A DNA stretch of 63,624 nucleotides from a virus (Duplodnaviria > Caudoviricetes), in IMG/VR virus record IMGVR_UViG_3300046167_000634, positions 1-63,624 of that record, one strand, 5' to 3'. This document shows, piece by piece, positions 61,801-63,624 of this stretch; position 1 is the first letter of the stretch, and every line of letters begins with the position of its first letter. A program made the position numbers and the translations under genes. The notes under the pieces are model-generated. The model did not search any database and was not told the DNA's origin. It worked only from the letters and a program-made list of their open reading frames with translations.

Positions 61801-63624
61801 AAGATGCAATAGCGAATCTTAAAGAAGGTGATGATGGCCGCGCATTTCAAAATGAAGACGGTAGCAAAGTTACATATGCGGTTGTTGAAAACCAAGTATT
61901 AAATAAAAGAAAATATATACGTACACACGAGGTTGGCCATCAAGTATTTTGGGATATATTTGGCTCCCATAATACGACAGAAGGTAAGGCTATTTTTAAT
62001 AATATTGCTGAACAATTATTACATACAACAAAAGAAATTAGCCCTGCGTTGCACAAAAAATTATCACAAGAAACTTTACCCGTAGAAGTTATTGCTAGAT
62101 TTTTAGAAGCTGCTGCAGCCGGTCAAGTTGATGCTAGAAAGCCAAGCACTAATAAAGCTATATCAGGATTGTTTGGTACAATGTTACAACAAAATGCTAT
62201 TGATAGCTACGACTTTAATTTTACAGGTGAAACAGATATGTTTAACTTTGTTGTTGGGCTTGGTAAAAAAATTGCTTCAGGCGAGCTTTCAATGGCTGAT
62301 ATACGCGCTGCTAGAACAGGACGTGTAGTACAAATGCCAATGCAAACAGAGCAAGCTACTCTTACTCGTCGGGCCGCATCGGCGAGATCTGCGGGGACAT
62401 TAGACCAGGCTTTAAATAAGTTTTCACAAAACGAAGACGGCTCTGCCAAGTTTGCGAGCAAAGAAGAATGGCGTAAATCTTCAGAAGCGGGTGAAGCATA
62501 CTTTACTGTGCAACAAACAAGTTTGCTTGACGGTGAAATTAGAAAGCAAGCAAGACTAAAAGGATTACCGGAAGACATTGACATTAGCGAAATTAAAGAT
62601 AATATTGCGCTTCGCGTATTTGAAAACTATGATCCATCTAAAAATAATTTATTTGGTTATCTTTTAGGTAAAGTTAATATTGTAGAAAAAGCTGTACTTG
62701 ATTCGGCTAAAAAGTTTGGTACTCGTGTAGAATCTACCGCAGCAAGTATTGATACTGCAGCCGGTGAAACGGGTGCGGTTGCTGAAATTGAAGCAGATGT
62801 AACAACTGTAGATGAAAAAATAGAAAGAGAAGCTAAGGAGGCTACAGAAGAGGCTTCTGCGTTTAATTTAACCACTTCTAAAGCTATTGAGCCAACTACT
62901 TTGGAAAAAGGGAAAGGCAAAGTATTAAGTATTGTTAGAACGCTTAAAAATAAATTAGGTGCTGCTGTATCTAAGAATGTAAATACTGTACCAGTTGTTG
63001 AAGAAGTAATACAATCTTCTGCTAAATCAATTGATATTGACATTAAAGGGCAAATGGGTGGTAAAGGCGGCTTAAAACTTCGCAAGTTTGTAATTAACAA
63101 CAAAGCTGATATTATTAACAATGCTTCCTCTACTTGGCTAATGGGTAAAAACAAAAAAGGCAGTTCTGTAGTCAATGGCGGTATACCTATTGTTATTGAA
63201 AAGTCTGTAGGCGGTAGATATACCGGTAAAACTATTGAAATAAATGTTGGTGGTAAAACTGTTGCAGTTGAAGAATTTATACCAAACTTTTTGCCATATC
63301 CAGAATGGGCTGGTAAAAAAATTGATCGCGAAAAAACAATTAAAAGAGGGCAAACATCAGGAAATCAAATTGTAAGAAAAGTTGATCCGCTTGAGGTTGA
63401 TGACAAAGCTTTTGCAGATTTTGTAACAACTGAAGATGGTACACCAATACGCGGTAGAAAAGAATCATTAGCAAATGAGCTTGCAGGCAGATTAGGTGGG
63501 CAGATATTTAAAGAAGCAATAGCTGATCCTGATTCAGATATATCAAAAGCATTTGAACAAAATCAAGATCTTCGCGGGGCTGTACTTTCAGATAACTTTA
63601 GAAATGAAGTTATTGAACAAACAG
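58839..63624 (+). CDS. Giant multidomain internal virion protein, module 2 (3'-partial; absent from the ORF track)
   Basis: MNKIYIINGERFEVSPDREADFLAEYPDAQ matches the N-terminus of 21505; RTHEVGH (HEVGH at 61926-61940); ENYDPSKNNLFGYL; runs to the window end. Confidence 0.8.
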   Translation, partial: MNKIYIINGERFEVSPDREADFLAEYPDAQLISGPEDLTEKPQETIVEQTEEQETFEDPFLQSAKKIYGPVEEVAVAEPTTTIEQPDTELPSEDTSSELVEEDNRVVEFNIKGNKTYSSYSDLEKEHGDVEAWVTNWNNQTNTGRAKIVTPSSELKEAVVTGDASKVKKPAEILLGSGAITPETFQELETDEIIPMVARIIQPNSNLSVYEQDNRVFIKDKKTDTAIGLSTKTNFANEKDAEISYNNFARLLNKNFTPEQVTASAGTLSTIDQELKKQSAIIKNQFKNTEEYKKLQDPDLFKEQTKKDIRTGPGGGVALTKKVIPYEEEVQAEIAKLKAKNPDTTEDKILATAQANVRETLLQNAKFEYVAESFTKKIEGFDVDKKLKKEVQADYNITLNRANAYQQALLDEIEGQRQVADTTLKLIKGNELTQEEVDNLATSLEKSGVEVDTSKTKTVTLPSGAVLTEGTLEALDKFQKKAAANEILLFKSQEEKAKAIGDITLTQAALDATKRDYDLIDKYGASIGLGFTDIITGGAYLGGKVFSYSNPIGWLFHEDINTGLNRLGVKYKKATDEVRNSYVRDISFDNAFKDSSNFGKFVGQEIANQLPIITTMIASGGTAAPWVIGASTAGGKMMDMQTEIATGTKDYSEAEMWLKSIGYGAAEGIFGTLPTMRILKRTPALFKGAGTKDAILGGTKQFYKQNTKGLISDTLLEVGGESLTTGFQNVIDGRSFVADMDHAAFSAFGFSLLFSGLPFAVGLNTSKYGDYSQKAKIRNLQGQINNLSNNLKYTKSPAEINRIEGQIEKLSNEMAIEVARQEKFVNNYMTSTSAQHVIDVVTRQENIRSEAKTIEADKELPRQEKNTRLGELQLEFSELQSAKESALTDAAKMNFKTEFLLLKGVDKAKYDEYFDDAATLLNSQKPDKNITDEAIEQKAVDLYFEDQVVEENSKAAKNLGTNFKSFNTVDEAIASIEADNKINDADKKDAIANLKEGDDGRAFQNEDGSKVTYAVVENQVLNKRKYIRTHEVGHQVFWDIFGSHNTTEGKAIFNNIAEQLLHTTKEISPALHKKLSQETLPVEVIARFLEAAAAGQVDARKPSTNKAISGLFGTMLQQNAIDSYDFNFTGETDMFNFVVGLGKKIASGELSMADIRAARTGRVVQMPMQTEQATLTRRAASARSAGTLDQALNKFSQNEDGSAKFASKEEWRKSSEAGEAYFTVQQTSLLDGEIRKQARLKGLPEDIDISEIKDNIALRVFENYDPSKNNLFGYLLGKVNIVEKAVLDSAKKFGTRVESTAASIDTAAGETGAVAEIEADVTTVDEKIEREAKEATEEASAFNLTTSKAIEPTTLEKGKGKVLSIVRTLKNKLGAAVSKNVNTVPVVEEVIQSSAKSIDIDIKGQMGGKGGLKLRKFVINNKADIINNASSTWLMGKNKKGSSVVNGGIPIVIEKSVGGRYTGKTIEINVGGKTVAVEEFIPNFLPYPEWAGKKIDREKTIKRGQTSGNQIVRKVDPLEVDDKAFADFVTTEDGTPIRGRKESLANELAGRLGGQIFKEAIADPDSDISKAFEQNQDLRGAVLSDNFRNEVIEQT

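Noticed and set aside
1481-63353. Numerous short antisense or alternative-frame ORFs in the ORF track
   Set aside because: They overlap well-supported genes and have no recognisable motifs; treated as shadow ORFs.
1-63624. Stop-codon reassignment as seen in some crAss-like phages
   Set aside because: Very long ORFs read through in the standard code, and the breaks are frame changes rather than in-frame TAG/TGA.
47466-63624. Direct terminal repeat or concatemer of module 1
   Set aside because: The proteins are homologous but clearly diverged, with different gene counts, so it is not a copy of the same genome.

Overview
AT-rich dsDNA bacteriophage sequence. Gene content and order point to a marine Bacteroidota/Flavobacteria podovirus of the crAss-like/Cellulophaga phi38:1-like type; the host is inferred from gene families and A/T-rich translation starts without Shine-Dalgarno motifs. 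1-29970 (+) is one complete morphogenesis arm: tail fibre, GroES-like protein, terminase, portal, scaffold, major capsid, two tail ring proteins, muzzle/stabilisation protein, three ejected cargo proteins (the largest 2328 aa) and lysis genes. 30008-37609 (-) holds nucleotide metabolism and regulation genes: nrdA, nrdB, endonuclease I, MazG, thyA, ERF, sigma factor, HTH protein and a DenV-like glycosylase. 38002-47436 (+) holds fibres/spikes and groEL/groES. 47466-63624 (+) is a second, clearly diverged tail and cargo module with four ring genes, a split muzzle and no capsid, portal or terminase. Mid-gene junctions at ~35415 and ~47475, and a weaker candidate at ~37650, remove whole modules; I recognised no DNA polymerase, helicase or primase. 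Many single-base frameshifts are present, so the window may be a long-read or assembly chimera of two related phages. The most interesting biology is in the giant cargo proteins. Both carry a zincin HExxH motif followed by a sigma70 region-2-like segment, and the complete one is punctuated by a recurring K-[FYE]-S-[KLR]-S linker. This suggests a virion-injected, self-processing polyprotein that delivers a sigma-like transcription factor. All calls come from reading the sequence by eye; no database searches were run.
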